A DNA stretch of 64,000 bases from Candidatus Latescibacterota bacterium. GTDB taxonomy: Bacteria > Latescibacterota > CBDEFO01. The stretch lies in assembly GCA_965248755.1 (NCBI GenBank), contig OZ252149.1:3360001-3424000 (forward strand). The letters are read 5' to 3'. The notes beneath the pieces are model-generated. The model ran no database searches. It worked only from the letters and a program-made list of their open reading frames with translations, and had not been told where the DNA came from. The position numbers and the translations under genes are program-made. Positions 40,810 to 50,414 of the stretch are shown here, one piece after another (within the stretch, counting starts at the first letter, position 1; every line of letters begins with the position of its first letter).

Positions 40810-41871
40810 CTAAAAGGCTGAGATTGGGACAATTACGGATATAACGTGGATATGTTGTCTTTCCAGATCTCTTTTCTCTGTGACGTAGGTATATCCGACA
40901 GTGTCGGACGCGCTGTTTCGCAGAAGGTAGCCGTTGTTTCCGCCTTTTAGTTTGAATCCTATCCCGAAGGAGTAGACGTTATGGCCAGATGGTCTTCTTC
41001 GGAAATAACCTCCCCTTATCGCAAATCCCAAGGGAAGATTCCTTTCAAACCCTGTGTGTATCTCTCTGGCTGAAGGGTTGTGAGATTTATCAGATTCGTT
41101 AAGATTCCTCAGGTCTAGAGAGAAGATGGTCTTGGAGTCGAGGTAGTAAGAGATACCTCCGTTGATGGCTTCGTCTCCTATCCTTTCAAGATCGAGTCTT
41201 GGGGAACCCATATCATCTGAGAAGTTGACAAACGATATTCCAACATTCAACTTTGGGCTCGGTTTTAGCAGTACTCCAAATGCGAAACTATCCCCTTTGA
41301 CCTTTTCTCCTGGACCGCCCGGCTCGTAATATATAGTGGCCGATACTCCCAGCGATACTGCAGGAGCTAATTGCAAAGACAGTGCTCCCAACTGAGAGTA
41401 CAACTGGAAAGTGGGCCTTGAGGAGAAGAGCCTCTCTTCGCGCCATAGATCCAAGGGTTCTTCTCCATTGAGGATTCCTATATTTAGAGATGCCGTGCGG
41501 TATATGACTCCTCGTATAGATAGACTTAAAGCGTAGATCCACTCTGATAGCGTTAAATTGTCGTCTCTTTCCCATCTGCGGTCAAAGTCCCCGAGATCGT
41601 GCCACGCAACCGGTGGAGAGATAGGGTTTAAAAAGACCTCAAATCTCCTTCGAGTTGCTTTGCCCATGGGTCCCAAAGCCGCAGGGTTCCAGTCCAAAGA
41701 TGGGAGATCGTCCACAATTGAAAGGTACGCCCCGCCTAAGCCTAAGGCTCGCGCCTTGGTATTGTTGAAACTTATATATTTTCTCTCGGCCCTAACTGGG
41801 GTAGCCGATAGTAGCTTCACTGCAACCAGGTTCAAAAGAAAGAACATGACCACTCTGTGGTGTATTTTCAT
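40810..41871 (-). CDS. PorV/PorQ/FadL-like outer-membrane beta-barrel
   Basis: ARALGLGGAYLSIVDD…WNPAAL N-terminal plug motif, amphipathic strands, terminal Phe. Confidence 0.7.
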   Translation of the reverse strand: MKIHHRVVMFFLLNLVAVKLLSATPVRAERKYISFNNTKARALGLGGAYLSIVDDLPSLDWNPAALGPMGKATRRRFEVFLNPISPPVAWHDLGDFDRRWERDDNLTLSEWIYALSLSIRGVIYRTASLNIGILNGEEPLDLWREERLFSSRPTFQLYSQLGALSLQLAPAVSLGVSATIYYEPGGPGEKVKGDSFAFGVLLKPSPKLNVGISFVNFSDDMGSPRLDLERIGDEAINGGISYYLDSKTIFSLDLRNLNESDKSHNPSAREIHTGFERNLPLGFAIRGGYFRRRPSGHNVYSFGIGFKLKGGNNGYLLRNSASDTVGYTYVTEKRDLERQHIHVISVIVPISAF

Positions 41872-42039
41872 CTTCCCCTTTCTTTTGGTCCCCTCCTTTC
41901 AAACTAACCTGGCCGCCTACGGCATATGTGCCTATGGCATATGTTCAAAGTACAGGATCTCCCAAAAAGTATTGAAGAACTTTTTGGGGAAGGGTTTATG
42001 GTATTTAAGCTAATAAAATAAGTCTGCTAAGTCAAGTAA

Positions 42040-42684
42040 TCAAAAGATCATTTGAGCGGTGGATAGAAAATAGAACCCCATTCCTATGAGAAAAATGCCG
42101 CAGCCAAAGATAAGGAATTTATAAACGCGGTCGCTCATGAAGCCCTTGCCGAAGGCTACAACAAAGCCTACAAGACAGTACCAGGAATAGTCCGAAAGTA
42201 TATGTCCTATGTAAAACGCCGCGCTTCCATCACTTCCGAAGCCCGAACTTTTGGCCTGAACTATGTATGTAGTCCCTACAGTAGCCCACCAGATGTGCCA
42301 GAAGGGATTAGCTATTGTAGCAACAGCTCCGGCAAGTAAGGGACCCATCTTCCGATTAGATCCTCTGCCTTCATCCAGTGATAAGACCGGTTTTCCGCGA
42401 AAGACCTCCGTGGCCATCGAGATTCCCATCCACAAGAGGAGTCCTCCGCCTAACAGAGATATCATCTTGCCGAATATGGGATCTTTCAGTATGTTAAACA
42501 CGCCCAAGGAGATGCCTATCACCCATAAGAGTTCTATCAGGGCGTGCCCCGATGAGACCAAAACGCTGGCTATAAATCCCCTCTTTAAAGTCTCGGCCAC
42601 AGTCACACCAAGGACCGGACCTGGCATGATTGCACCTGAGAAGCCGACCAGATATGATAGGAAAAAAATTTCAGGTAGCGTCAA
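42040..42684 (-). CDS. LysE-family exporter
   Basis: SGAIMPGP, GHALIE, NPFWHIWW. Confidence 0.9.
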   Translation of the reverse strand: MTLPEIFFLSYLVGFSGAIMPGPVLGVTVAETLKRGFIASVLVSSGHALIELLWVIGISLGVFNILKDPIFGKMISLLGGGLLLWMGISMATEVFRGKPVLSLDEGRGSNRKMGPLLAGAVATIANPFWHIWWATVGTTYIVQAKSSGFGSDGSAAFYIGHILSDYSWYCLVGFVVAFGKGFMSDRVYKFLIFGCGIFLIGMGFYFLSTAQMIF

Positions 42685-42932
42685 ATTCGTCTGGTGCCTA
42701 TTTCCCTGTTTTTTATAGCTTTTTCGCTTGATATTCTCAATCTTAATTCATACATTATGCCTGAGTAAACTTGAATTACCTTTTGCTATCTATTCTTAAT
42801 TGTTTAGAAACTCAACAGAAAAGGCTTTGAGTCTGCTTCGGGGTTTGGCCCCTCGCAATGCCTGAAGGCCGAAGCCAAGCAACGTCATTGCGAGCAAAGC
42901 GAAGCAATCTCAATCCTGAAAGGAGAGTCGAA

Positions 42933-43607
42933 ATGATCCAGATAGAGGTTTTGGAATCTGTAAAGACCATCCTAAATCAGATGAGCGCGTTTTTGCCCAA
43001 ACTTATCGGTGCACTGGTCATCCTTATCGTAGGCTGGATCATAGCCAAGGTCGTTCTCGCCCTTGCGGTGAAGGGCTTGAAGCTCATTCGTCTGGATGTG
43101 TTAGTCGAAAAATCTGGCATAGATGAGTTTCTAAAACAGGGCGGTCTGCAACTGACGATGCAGGGGCTCCTTGCGGGTCTGCAATACTGGCTGATTATGC
43201 TTATTGTGTTTCTTGCAACAGCCAACAGCCTCGGACTTCAGGTCGCATCTGACTTGTTCAGCAAGATAGTCCTCTACATCCCGAACGTGATTGTTGCTGT
43301 TTTAGTTCTCATCGTCGGAACGTTCTTTGCCAGGCTGGTCAGAGGAGTCCTGTTGACCTATCTGAACAACGTCGGCATTGAAGGTGCAGCGACGGTCAGT
43401 ACTCTTGCCCAGTACGCTATCATCGTCTTTGTGACTTTCACAGCCCTTGAACAGTTAGCTATCGGTCGGGAGTTGATCGTATCAGCGTTTGAACTTGCCT
43501 TCGGCGCAGTCTGCCTGGCCTTAGCTCTGGCTTTCGGCCTGGGAGGTCGAGATTGGGCCGCAAGCATCGTTGAAAACCTTAGGAAGAAGAACGATGACAA
43601 GAAGTAG
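42933..43607 (+). CDS. CmpX-like/TM-helix-repeat membrane protein (MscS-associated)
   Basis: FLPKLIGALVILIVGWIIAK, YIPNVIVA, ALAFGLGGR; AGGAG RBS before ATG 42933. Confidence 0.8.
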   Translation: MIQIEVLESVKTILNQMSAFLPKLIGALVILIVGWIIAKVVLALAVKGLKLIRLDVLVEKSGIDEFLKQGGLQLTMQGLLAGLQYWLIMLIVFLATANSLGLQVASDLFSKIVLYIPNVIVAVLVLIVGTFFARLVRGVLLTYLNNVGIEGAATVSTLAQYAIIVFVTFTALEQLAIGRELIVSAFELAFGAVCLALALAFGLGGRDWAASIVENLRKKNDDKK

Positions 43608-43760
43608 ACGGTGAGATTGGTTCGGGGCTCCACCTCCCCGCAATCACTGAAAGCCCAGACAAGCAAGGTCATTGCGACCCCGCCCCGATTGAATCTATCG
43701 GGGGTCAGTCAGTGGCAGGGTAGCAATCTCGCTGACAGTGGGAATCTGATCATCCTTTTA

Positions 43761-44615
43761 CTACGCCACGCAGGCAGACAGGTGCTTGAAGGCTATCAAG
43801 AGCCCTTCTTCCTCTCTATCGTCCCTGTAGACCGGATCGTGTCTGCCCTCTATGTCCAAATTTCCATCGTAACCCATCTCCACAAGAGCGGATATTAAGC
43901 TCGGCCAATCTACCTGTCCCAGTCCGGGCATTCTGTGGCGGACAGCTCCGGGTTCCAATATCCCATTCCTCTTTACATTCCGGTCTACTACCTCGGCGTC
44001 CTTGGCGTGGACGTGATATATCCTGTCTCCGAACTCATATACGATGCCTATGTAATCCATACAGAGACACACAGGGTGAGACGGGTCGTACTCTATCCCT
44101 AAAGCCTCTGATGGCACGGCGTCGAACATAAGATCCCAGGCTCTGGGAGTGTAGGCAATATTGATCCCCCTGAACGGGAAGTAGTGGAACATGGGACAGT
44201 TCTCAAAGCCTATTCTAAGGCCCTTGTCCTCCGCTTTCTTTGATAGAGGCTCATACACCTCCTTGAACATAGGGATGTTGTCGGGTATGTCCTTTTCGGG
44301 GTTCCTCCCTGCCAACGTGCGGAGAGTCTTGACCTCCATCTTCTCGCACAGATCCATCAGATTCTCAAGGTGATTTATATTCTGCTCCCTTTTTTGGCTA
44401 TCGGGGTCAAGGTTGTTGGAATAGTGACCTATCGCAGACACCTCGATTTCCCTTTTTGCTAAATCCTTCTTAGCCGATAGGATTGCCTTCTCATCGGTTA
44501 TCGCAGGATCAAAAGGTCCTCCCGGACGCACTATAAGCTCCATGCTCTTAAATCCGTTCTTCTGCATGAAATTGAGTTGATCTTTGTTATATTCCGCGAG
44601 CAGTCCGATCTTCAT
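43761..44615 (-). CDS. Sugar phosphate isomerase/epimerase (xylose isomerase-like TIM barrel)
   Basis: FENCPM, YDPSH, HVHAKD, PGLGQVDW, IEGRHD; start MKIG after an AGGAG RBS. Confidence 0.9.
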   Translation of the reverse strand: MKIGLLAEYNKDQLNFMQKNGFKSMELIVRPGGPFDPAITDEKAILSAKKDLAKREIEVSAIGHYSNNLDPDSQKREQNINHLENLMDLCEKMEVKTLRTLAGRNPEKDIPDNIPMFKEVYEPLSKKAEDKGLRIGFENCPMFHYFPFRGINIAYTPRAWDLMFDAVPSEALGIEYDPSHPVCLCMDYIGIVYEFGDRIYHVHAKDAEVVDRNVKRNGILEPGAVRHRMPGLGQVDWPSLISALVEMGYDGNLDIEGRHDPVYRDDREEEGLLIAFKHLSACVA

Positions 44616-44806
44616 TGTCCGTCTCCTTTTGCTTCGCTCAAGGCGAGGTATTACCACAGCATCTAATTTAAACTTTTCGCAGATCAAAATCAAGGAATCT
44701 ATTGCATTGTTGTCCTTTTTCGGGTTGACATTCTCATCAGGAATGGATATATTCTGTTGTGCTAAGCTTAAGAATTGTTGCAAATTGCTGCTGTATAGGG
44801 GTGAAC

Positions 44807-45391
44807 ATGTTTCCTGAAGGCACTCGTTCTGAAGATACAGATAGAGCCAGCATTCCGAGGCGGAAGGCTATTGAACTGGCTGAAAAACTACAGCCCATAT
44901 TTGAGAAATATGCTTTGGAAGCGGATATAGGGAATGGCAAAAAGCAAAAGGCATATAAGATTGCCGGCAGCCTTCGCCGGAAAAAGGAGCTTGTCCACGA
45001 TGTGGACATTGTGGCTGTTATTCCCGATCGCCCCAGAGATATATTCAATCAGAATGACAATTCCCGCCAGCTATTTCGCGAAGAAGTTTCGAGAATAGCT
45101 GATAAAGTTGAAAAGTGGGGAGGTAATTTAGCATCGTTTGTGCTGGACAGTGTTCCATTTGATATTTACTTTGCCCACTCGAAGACGTTCCCAACGTTGC
45201 TCTTAATACGTACAGGGAGCAAGGAACACAATATCGGACTGGCAAAACGAGCGATTTCCCTGGGAATGCGGTTGAAGGCCAATGGCCAGGGTCTCGAAAA
45301 TAAGGACGGTGATCTAATAGAGATAAAATCAGAGGAGGAGATATTCGGACATTTGAATTTAGAATACAAACTCCCCGAAGATCGTGATTAG
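44807..45391 (+). CDS. Minimal family-X DNA polymerase (palm and thumb only)
   Basis: IAGSLRR, DVDIV, DIY, RTGSKEHN, SEEEIF…L.LEY..PEDR; 194 aa. Confidence 0.85.
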   Translation: MFPEGTRSEDTDRASIPRRKAIELAEKLQPIFEKYALEADIGNGKKQKAYKIAGSLRRKKELVHDVDIVAVIPDRPRDIFNQNDNSRQLFREEVSRIADKVEKWGGNLASFVLDSVPFDIYFAHSKTFPTLLLIRTGSKEHNIGLAKRAISLGMRLKANGQGLENKDGDLIEIKSEEEIFGHLNLEYKLPEDRD

Positions 45392-45679
45392 GGCCTCATT
45401 TCTTAGTACCAGCGGAACACCATAAGAGTATAACGGCGATAAATGTTTGTGTTACTGGCCCGATTAGTTCGTAATGAGGCTTAGTCTTCAATTCTCGGAT
45501 TTCCGCAAATGTCTTTGAACTTGCGCGAAACTTGTGTATCTTTATTCATGGCAGTGTCTCTTCAGTTTTAGGCATTGTTTTTGCAATTATACAGCATGAC
45601 TGTTATATAATGTCCATACCGCTCCCCTTGACAGAGCGACAAATATTTCGCAAATTGGGGTTTGAGAAGGGAGGTCAAG

Positions 45680-45991
45680 GTGTCGAGCCCCGAAGTGAAA
45701 GATGGTAAGCGCTGGACGGCGACCCGTAAGGGAGAGATTGTGTTGGCTCTTTTGAGAGGAGCAGATCTATCTGAGGTGTGTCGTAAGAATGGAATTAGCC
45801 AGTCGCAGGCGTATGCTTGGCGTGATAGTTTCTTAGAAGGGGGCCAGGAGAGTCTGAAGTCTCGGCGTGGTCGCAAGGATCCGAAGGAGCGAGAGGTTAG
45901 CCGGTTGGAGCGCAAGGTAGGGCAGTTGACGCTCCAGTTGGAGATACTCGAAGAGGTAGCCCGTCTAAAAAAAACGAAGCGGTTGCCTTGA
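45680..45991 (+). CDS. IS3 transposase OrfA (HTH)
   Basis: RWTATRKGEIVLALL…SEVCRKNGIS…AWRDSF; A8 slippery run at 45967-45974. Confidence 0.85.
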   Translation: MSSPEVKDGKRWTATRKGEIVLALLRGADLSEVCRKNGISQSQAYAWRDSFLEGGQESLKSRRGRKDPKEREVSRLERKVGQLTLQLEILEEVARLKKTKRLP

Positions 45992-46851
45992 GTGGGCGGT
46001 TTTTGGGTCGAGGCTATTCCCGCAAGGTGGTAGCTTTGGCTTTGGGTTTGCATCGTTCGACTCTGTATAGGTTTAGGGATAGAGGTGTCAGTTCTTCTGT
46101 TAAAGAGCCTGTGATAGATGAGGAGCTTGCTTTTCGTATTCGAGGGATACTGGACCAAGAAGAGGCATTTGGTCACAGGCGGGTTTGGGCGCATCTTCGT
46201 TTCAAGGAAGGGGAATGTGTCAACGTTAAGAAGGTTCATAGGATAATGAAGCTTAAGGGGTGGCAGTGTAAGCTGTGGAATCGTCCCGGGAGAAAGGGGC
46301 CACAGGTTGCCCAGAAGCGTTCTGTGGTGGATAGTCCCGACAGTTTGTGGTCGAGTGACTTGACAAAGATTTACTGTGGAAAAGATGGTTGGTGTCCTCT
46401 TATTGCGGTGGTGGACAACGGAAGCCGGGAGGTTCCTGGGTATCGTTTTAGTCGAAAAGGGAGGGCACTGGAGGCCACAGATGCCCTGGATCGGGCCGTG
46501 ATCTCTCGATACACTTCCAAGGAGGCTGTCCCCCAGGGTCTCACTTTGCGCTCTGACAATGGTTCCATCTTTTTGGCTCGGGCCTATTTGGCCAGTACCG
46601 AATATTGGGGAATTCGTCAGGAATACATACCAAGTGGTAAACCCGATTGGAACGGTGTTGTAGAGCGTTTTTTCAGGACCCTCAAGCAAGAGTGTGTTTG
46701 GCTTCACAAGTTTGAATCCTTTGAACAGGCTGAGAAGATCATATCTCAGTGGATCGATAATTACAACAAGAACAGGCTTCATTCATCCCTGGGATATAAG
46801 ACCCCAAAAGAGTGGAGAAAACAATTTTATCTACTACCCCAGGTTGCTTAA
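45988..46851 (+). CDS. IS3 transposase OrfB (DDE integrase core)
   Basis: WSSDLT, RSDNGS, NGVVERFFRTLKQE, YNKNRLHSSLGYKTP; -1 frame relative to orfA. Confidence 0.93.
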   Translation: MSGRFLGRGYSRKVVALALGLHRSTLYRFRDRGVSSSVKEPVIDEELAFRIRGILDQEEAFGHRRVWAHLRFKEGECVNVKKVHRIMKLKGWQCKLWNRPGRKGPQVAQKRSVVDSPDSLWSSDLTKIYCGKDGWCPLIAVVDNGSREVPGYRFSRKGRALEATDALDRAVISRYTSKEAVPQGLTLRSDNGSIFLARAYLASTEYWGIRQEYIPSGKPDWNGVVERFFRTLKQECVWLHKFESFEQAEKIISQWIDNYNKNRLHSSLGYKTPKEWRKQFYLLPQVA

Positions 46852-47231
46852 TTGGTGTCGCTTTCCTGGGAAGCAGTACATGTCTTAATTAATGCACTTT
46901 TTTTTATGAATTATTCTGGCCAAAGGGTGATAACAGTAGATAAATCGAGAATTGAATCTAACCAACGGTGGTTAGCCTAAATTAACATGAGGAGGAACGA
47001 ACGATGAAGTTCAGCTCGCAATAACTGTTTGACAGCTTAACTGCGGGCACTGATATCCTGATTACTGACGGGGTGAAAAAGGCAGGAAGGACAGATAGGG
47101 ACCCCCAAAGATCGCAGGTGACGCTCGCTATCCCAGATTGATTCTATCGGGGAAGAGCTTCTTGGGGAGAAATATGAGGGTCATTTCCGTATCACAACAG
47201 TTGTATTATTAAAGAGAAAGTGAGGAGCAGC

Positions 47232-48380
47232 ATGACAAAGTACCGGGGAGGAGTTATTGGGCTGGGATGGATGGGGATGCTCTACGACCTGGCTGCGCGA
47301 ATCGACGACTACTTCGACATCGATGATGTTGATCGTCCCACGCCTGAGCTGAATATTCACCGCAAATTCCACTACCACGAGCACCCTGGCAATGAGGGTA
47401 CGCCCAGCACCTACGCCGAGGCGCTGTGGGACCGCCCTGAGGTTGACCTTGTCGCCGGTGCAGACCGCGACCAGAAGAGGTTAAAGTCCTTCAAGGAGCG
47501 CTACGGCGCTGAGGCGCTCTACACCGACGCGGAGGAGATGCTTAAGAAGGAGAATCTGGACATTTTAGCAATCTGCACCAACACCAAGGGACGCGCTGAC
47601 CTGACCTGCCTGGCCGTCGAGTGTGGCGTAAAGGGGATCATGACGGAAAAGCCCATGGCGCATACTCTTGAGGAGGCCGACCGCATGGTCAAGACGTGCG
47701 CTGACGCCGGTGTGCCTCTCTGCTGTGGTGCTATCACCACCACTCATCCCTCTTTTGGCAGGGCAAAGGAACTGGTCACAAGCGGGGCTATAGGCGAGGT
47801 CGTCTCTATCGAGACGTCAGGTCCAACTTCGCAGCATCAGAACTGGTCCTACTTCGTGGAGAGTGCGCCCGCCTGGGTCATCGGTGTCGGGGACCCGGTG
47901 CGACGCGGACCGCGTATTGACGAATTCGGTATCCAAGCTGGGGTACCCGGTGGACCGGAAAACAGCAACGAGTTTGGGGGCGAAGGGATGATGGTTACCG
48001 TAGACGGACTGGTCGTTCACTTCCGAAAGGGGGCCTTTCCTGTCCGCGTGCACGGCACCGCAGGGGAGATAGTCCACTGTCAATATCCTACTGGATGGAG
48101 ACTGTGGAAGGACGTAGATACTCCGGGCGGTGGAAGGCGAGTGGAGATGCCGTGGCCGGAGCCACAGATGGTAGGTCCCTACGGTGCCGTTTACGGATTT
48201 GCCGACATCTTTGACTGCCTGAAAGGCAAGCTTGATGAGCCCAAGAACTCCGGCAGAAGGGTCGCTGTGGCTCTTGAGGTCGAGATCGCCCTAAAGCAGT
48301 CCTCGGCCCAGGGGAGCGTGCGCGTCGACTTGCCGCTTGATGACCGCTCGCTGGGACTTAATTACGAATGGTTTAGGTAG
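47232..48380 (+). CDS. Gfo/Idh/MocA oxidoreductase
   Basis: VIGLGWMG Rossmann motif, EKPMA. Confidence 0.9.
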   Translation: MTKYRGGVIGLGWMGMLYDLAARIDDYFDIDDVDRPTPELNIHRKFHYHEHPGNEGTPSTYAEALWDRPEVDLVAGADRDQKRLKSFKERYGAEALYTDAEEMLKKENLDILAICTNTKGRADLTCLAVECGVKGIMTEKPMAHTLEEADRMVKTCADAGVPLCCGAITTTHPSFGRAKELVTSGAIGEVVSIETSGPTSQHQNWSYFVESAPAWVIGVGDPVRRGPRIDEFGIQAGVPGGPENSNEFGGEGMMVTVDGLVVHFRKGAFPVRVHGTAGEIVHCQYPTGWRLWKDVDTPGGGRRVEMPWPEPQMVGPYGAVYGFADIFDCLKGKLDEPKNSGRRVAVALEVEIALKQSSAQGSVRVDLPLDDRSLGLNYEWFR

Positions 48381-48401
48381 GCGACACTGACAGTTTAGAC
48401 C

Positions 48402-49862
48402 CTATATGCTGCCAAAGAGTTTCTGAATCAGGCCCCATCCACTAATCCCGGCGAAGATGATTAGAATACCGGCCGACACGATAGCTCCTATCAGAATAGG
48501 GAGGCGCGTCCGATAAAGGGAAGGAAGTTTGAAATTCAGATACAGTGCAGCAAGCATGATAAGTGCTATGGAGAAGTTGGCCAGGATGAAGCCGGCAACC
48601 TGTGTGAGGATATCGAATGGGATGTTGAGCCAGACAAGGGTTGTCGCGGTAATGAAAATGTAGAGACACAGGAAGCGCTTGATTTTATCATAGTCCCATG
48701 TGCGGTGGGGCCACACAGCCTGAAGGAACTCCTGTATCACACGCGCATAGATTTCTGGCAGAGCTTGCAGCGTGCCCCAGAGAGCGGCGATGATACAGCC
48801 GTAATAGATCCACACCAGCGTAGGGTGGATGTTGCGCCAGACATGGGCCTGATTGGTGAGGAGGCTCCAGCCCTCAAATCGGGTTTCCAGCGGATATAAG
48901 ACCGCAGCACCAGATAACATAAACGCCGCTGTCACAATGAAAAGAACGATTGCGCCCATGCCGACATCCCACCGCAGGGGCGAAATCAGTCGCCGCAACT
49001 GGCTTGCCTGCTCGGGATCGTCGGGAAGATAGTCAATCGCATCGTGTGTAAAAGCATTTTGACGAATCGCTTCAATCTCTTTGTGGCCCGTCAGCCCCCA
49101 GCCGTGCAGTCCAATCCAATTGGCATAGACGATGTATGCCATCACCGAACCGCCGACGTAGCCGAAGGTTGTCGCCATCGTCAGCATCGGGTGTTTGATA
49201 GTATCTTCAGGCGCCCAAGGGGGGAATGGCGGCGAGTGTCCCAAACTGAGGCTCCCGACAATTGTCTGCCCGAAATCGGGACGCACCATCAGCGTGCCGA
49301 TAATCGTCCCCGTGACAAGAATTAGGCAAATCAAGATCTGCTGTTTCTCTAATCTTTCAAACGAAAGCCGCAAGCCGAACGTGAGGGCGAGGGCGATGAA
49401 GCAGGAAGTGAAAATGTTTTCCCAGATAGGTTCTGGAATAGACTTTGGCAGCTCTGCACCAAACAGAAAGTGAAATAGGGCGCCACATGGCTTAGCAATT
49501 GGAACCCAAGCCAGCGGAGCGCCCAGCATCTCAAAAGCTATAAGCGCAAGCAGCAGCCATCCCCGCGGCCCTGGCAGCCGCACTAGGCGATGTCCGATGT
49601 ATTCGCCGCTAATCGCCGTATAACGTCCCAGCAGGTAAGTGACGAACCCTCCCTTGATGACACAACTGAGCACCACAAGCCACAGCAGCCCATAGCCTGC
49701 CCATGCCCCCGCGCGAACCACGACAATCGTTTCGCCCGCCCCGATGCTGACCGAAGCTACCATTGCCGCAGGTCCGAAAACCGCGCATAGTCCTATTAGT
49801 TTCTTCACCGACCACGGCCTGGCAAAAACGCCCCTGATCGGCGGGATTTCTACCTTCCTCAT
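48402..49862 (-). CDS. Nramp/APC-superfamily transporter
   Basis: GPAAMVASVSIGAGE…GAWAGYGLLW; polytopic membrane protein. Confidence 0.82.
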   Translation of the reverse strand: MRKVEIPPIRGVFARPWSVKKLIGLCAVFGPAAMVASVSIGAGETIVVVRAGAWAGYGLLWLVVLSCVIKGGFVTYLLGRYTAISGEYIGHRLVRLPGPRGWLLLALIAFEMLGAPLAWVPIAKPCGALFHFLFGAELPKSIPEPIWENIFTSCFIALALTFGLRLSFERLEKQQILICLILVTGTIIGTLMVRPDFGQTIVGSLSLGHSPPFPPWAPEDTIKHPMLTMATTFGYVGGSVMAYIVYANWIGLHGWGLTGHKEIEAIRQNAFTHDAIDYLPDDPEQASQLRRLISPLRWDVGMGAIVLFIVTAAFMLSGAAVLYPLETRFEGWSLLTNQAHVWRNIHPTLVWIYYGCIIAALWGTLQALPEIYARVIQEFLQAVWPHRTWDYDKIKRFLCLYIFITATTLVWLNIPFDILTQVAGFILANFSIALIMLAALYLNFKLPSLYRTRLPILIGAIVSAGILIIFAGISGWGLIQKLFGSI

Positions 49863-50414
49863 CTTTTTCTCTTCAAAAATAGTAGATCGGACGAATTATT
49901 CACCCATCCTGATCTATCGGTTGGAGGAAAATGTGGACACGCTGACAAAGGGCTCAGGCATAGACATCACATAGTGAAATCAGACTAAGCCCGGGTTACT
50001 GTCAGGGTCATCCAGTCTTATTCCTGGAGGTACACGAGTACTGAATCGAAAACGGTGAAGGATCGGGGCCCCATGGAAACCAGCGTGTTGCTGGTAGATC
50101 TTTCGGTGGAGGGGCGCGCAGTTCCCTCGCCCGAAAGGCTGGTTAATCCAGCCTGCATATCATCTATTACTATATTTTGGTGCCACTTCTTTGCATGGTA
50201 TCTGTAGCTAAGTATCAGATCTCGATAGTCTGGAGGTGACTGTCGAGATCCAAGACAGAAGACAGCACACAGGAAGTGGCAACCTCCAGATAGATCCCCA
50301 TTCAATTACAGCCGCTAGGTTTTATCAAGATACTCAGTTAGAGATCGAATGGGAAGTGTGGCAGCTTCTTTCGAGCGCGCATCAAAGCATTTAGAGTGCG
50401 CAGCATTGTCTAAC

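Larger units (their letters stand above)
45615..46880 (+). mobile_element. IS3-family insertion sequence, apparently intact
   Basis: orfA and orfB; imperfect terminal inverted repeats (CATACCGCTCCCC…AGCGACA / TGTCGCT…GGGAAGCAGTACA); 4-bp direct repeat TGTC at 45611-45614 and 46881-46884. Confidence 0.92.

Noticed and set aside
41915..41944. 15-bp tandem repeat GCCTAYGGCATATGT x2
   Set aside because: A single local duplication with no other copies seen; no function can be supported.
42858..42932. N-terminal extensions in the ORF track (SLRAKRSNL at 42858; also starts at 36026, 19848, 44783 and 61256)
   Set aside because: Mostly read-through of upstream REP/palindrome DNA; downstream starts match the family N-termini, most with a clear RBS.
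45568..46782. 404-aa minus-strand ORF
   Set aside because: Antisense shadow of the IS3 transposase with no recognisable motifs.
50018..50305. Short ORFs in the duplicated flank (50018-50305 minus, 50349-50777 plus)
   Set aside because: Reading frames are not conserved end to end between the two duplicate units and show no motifs.
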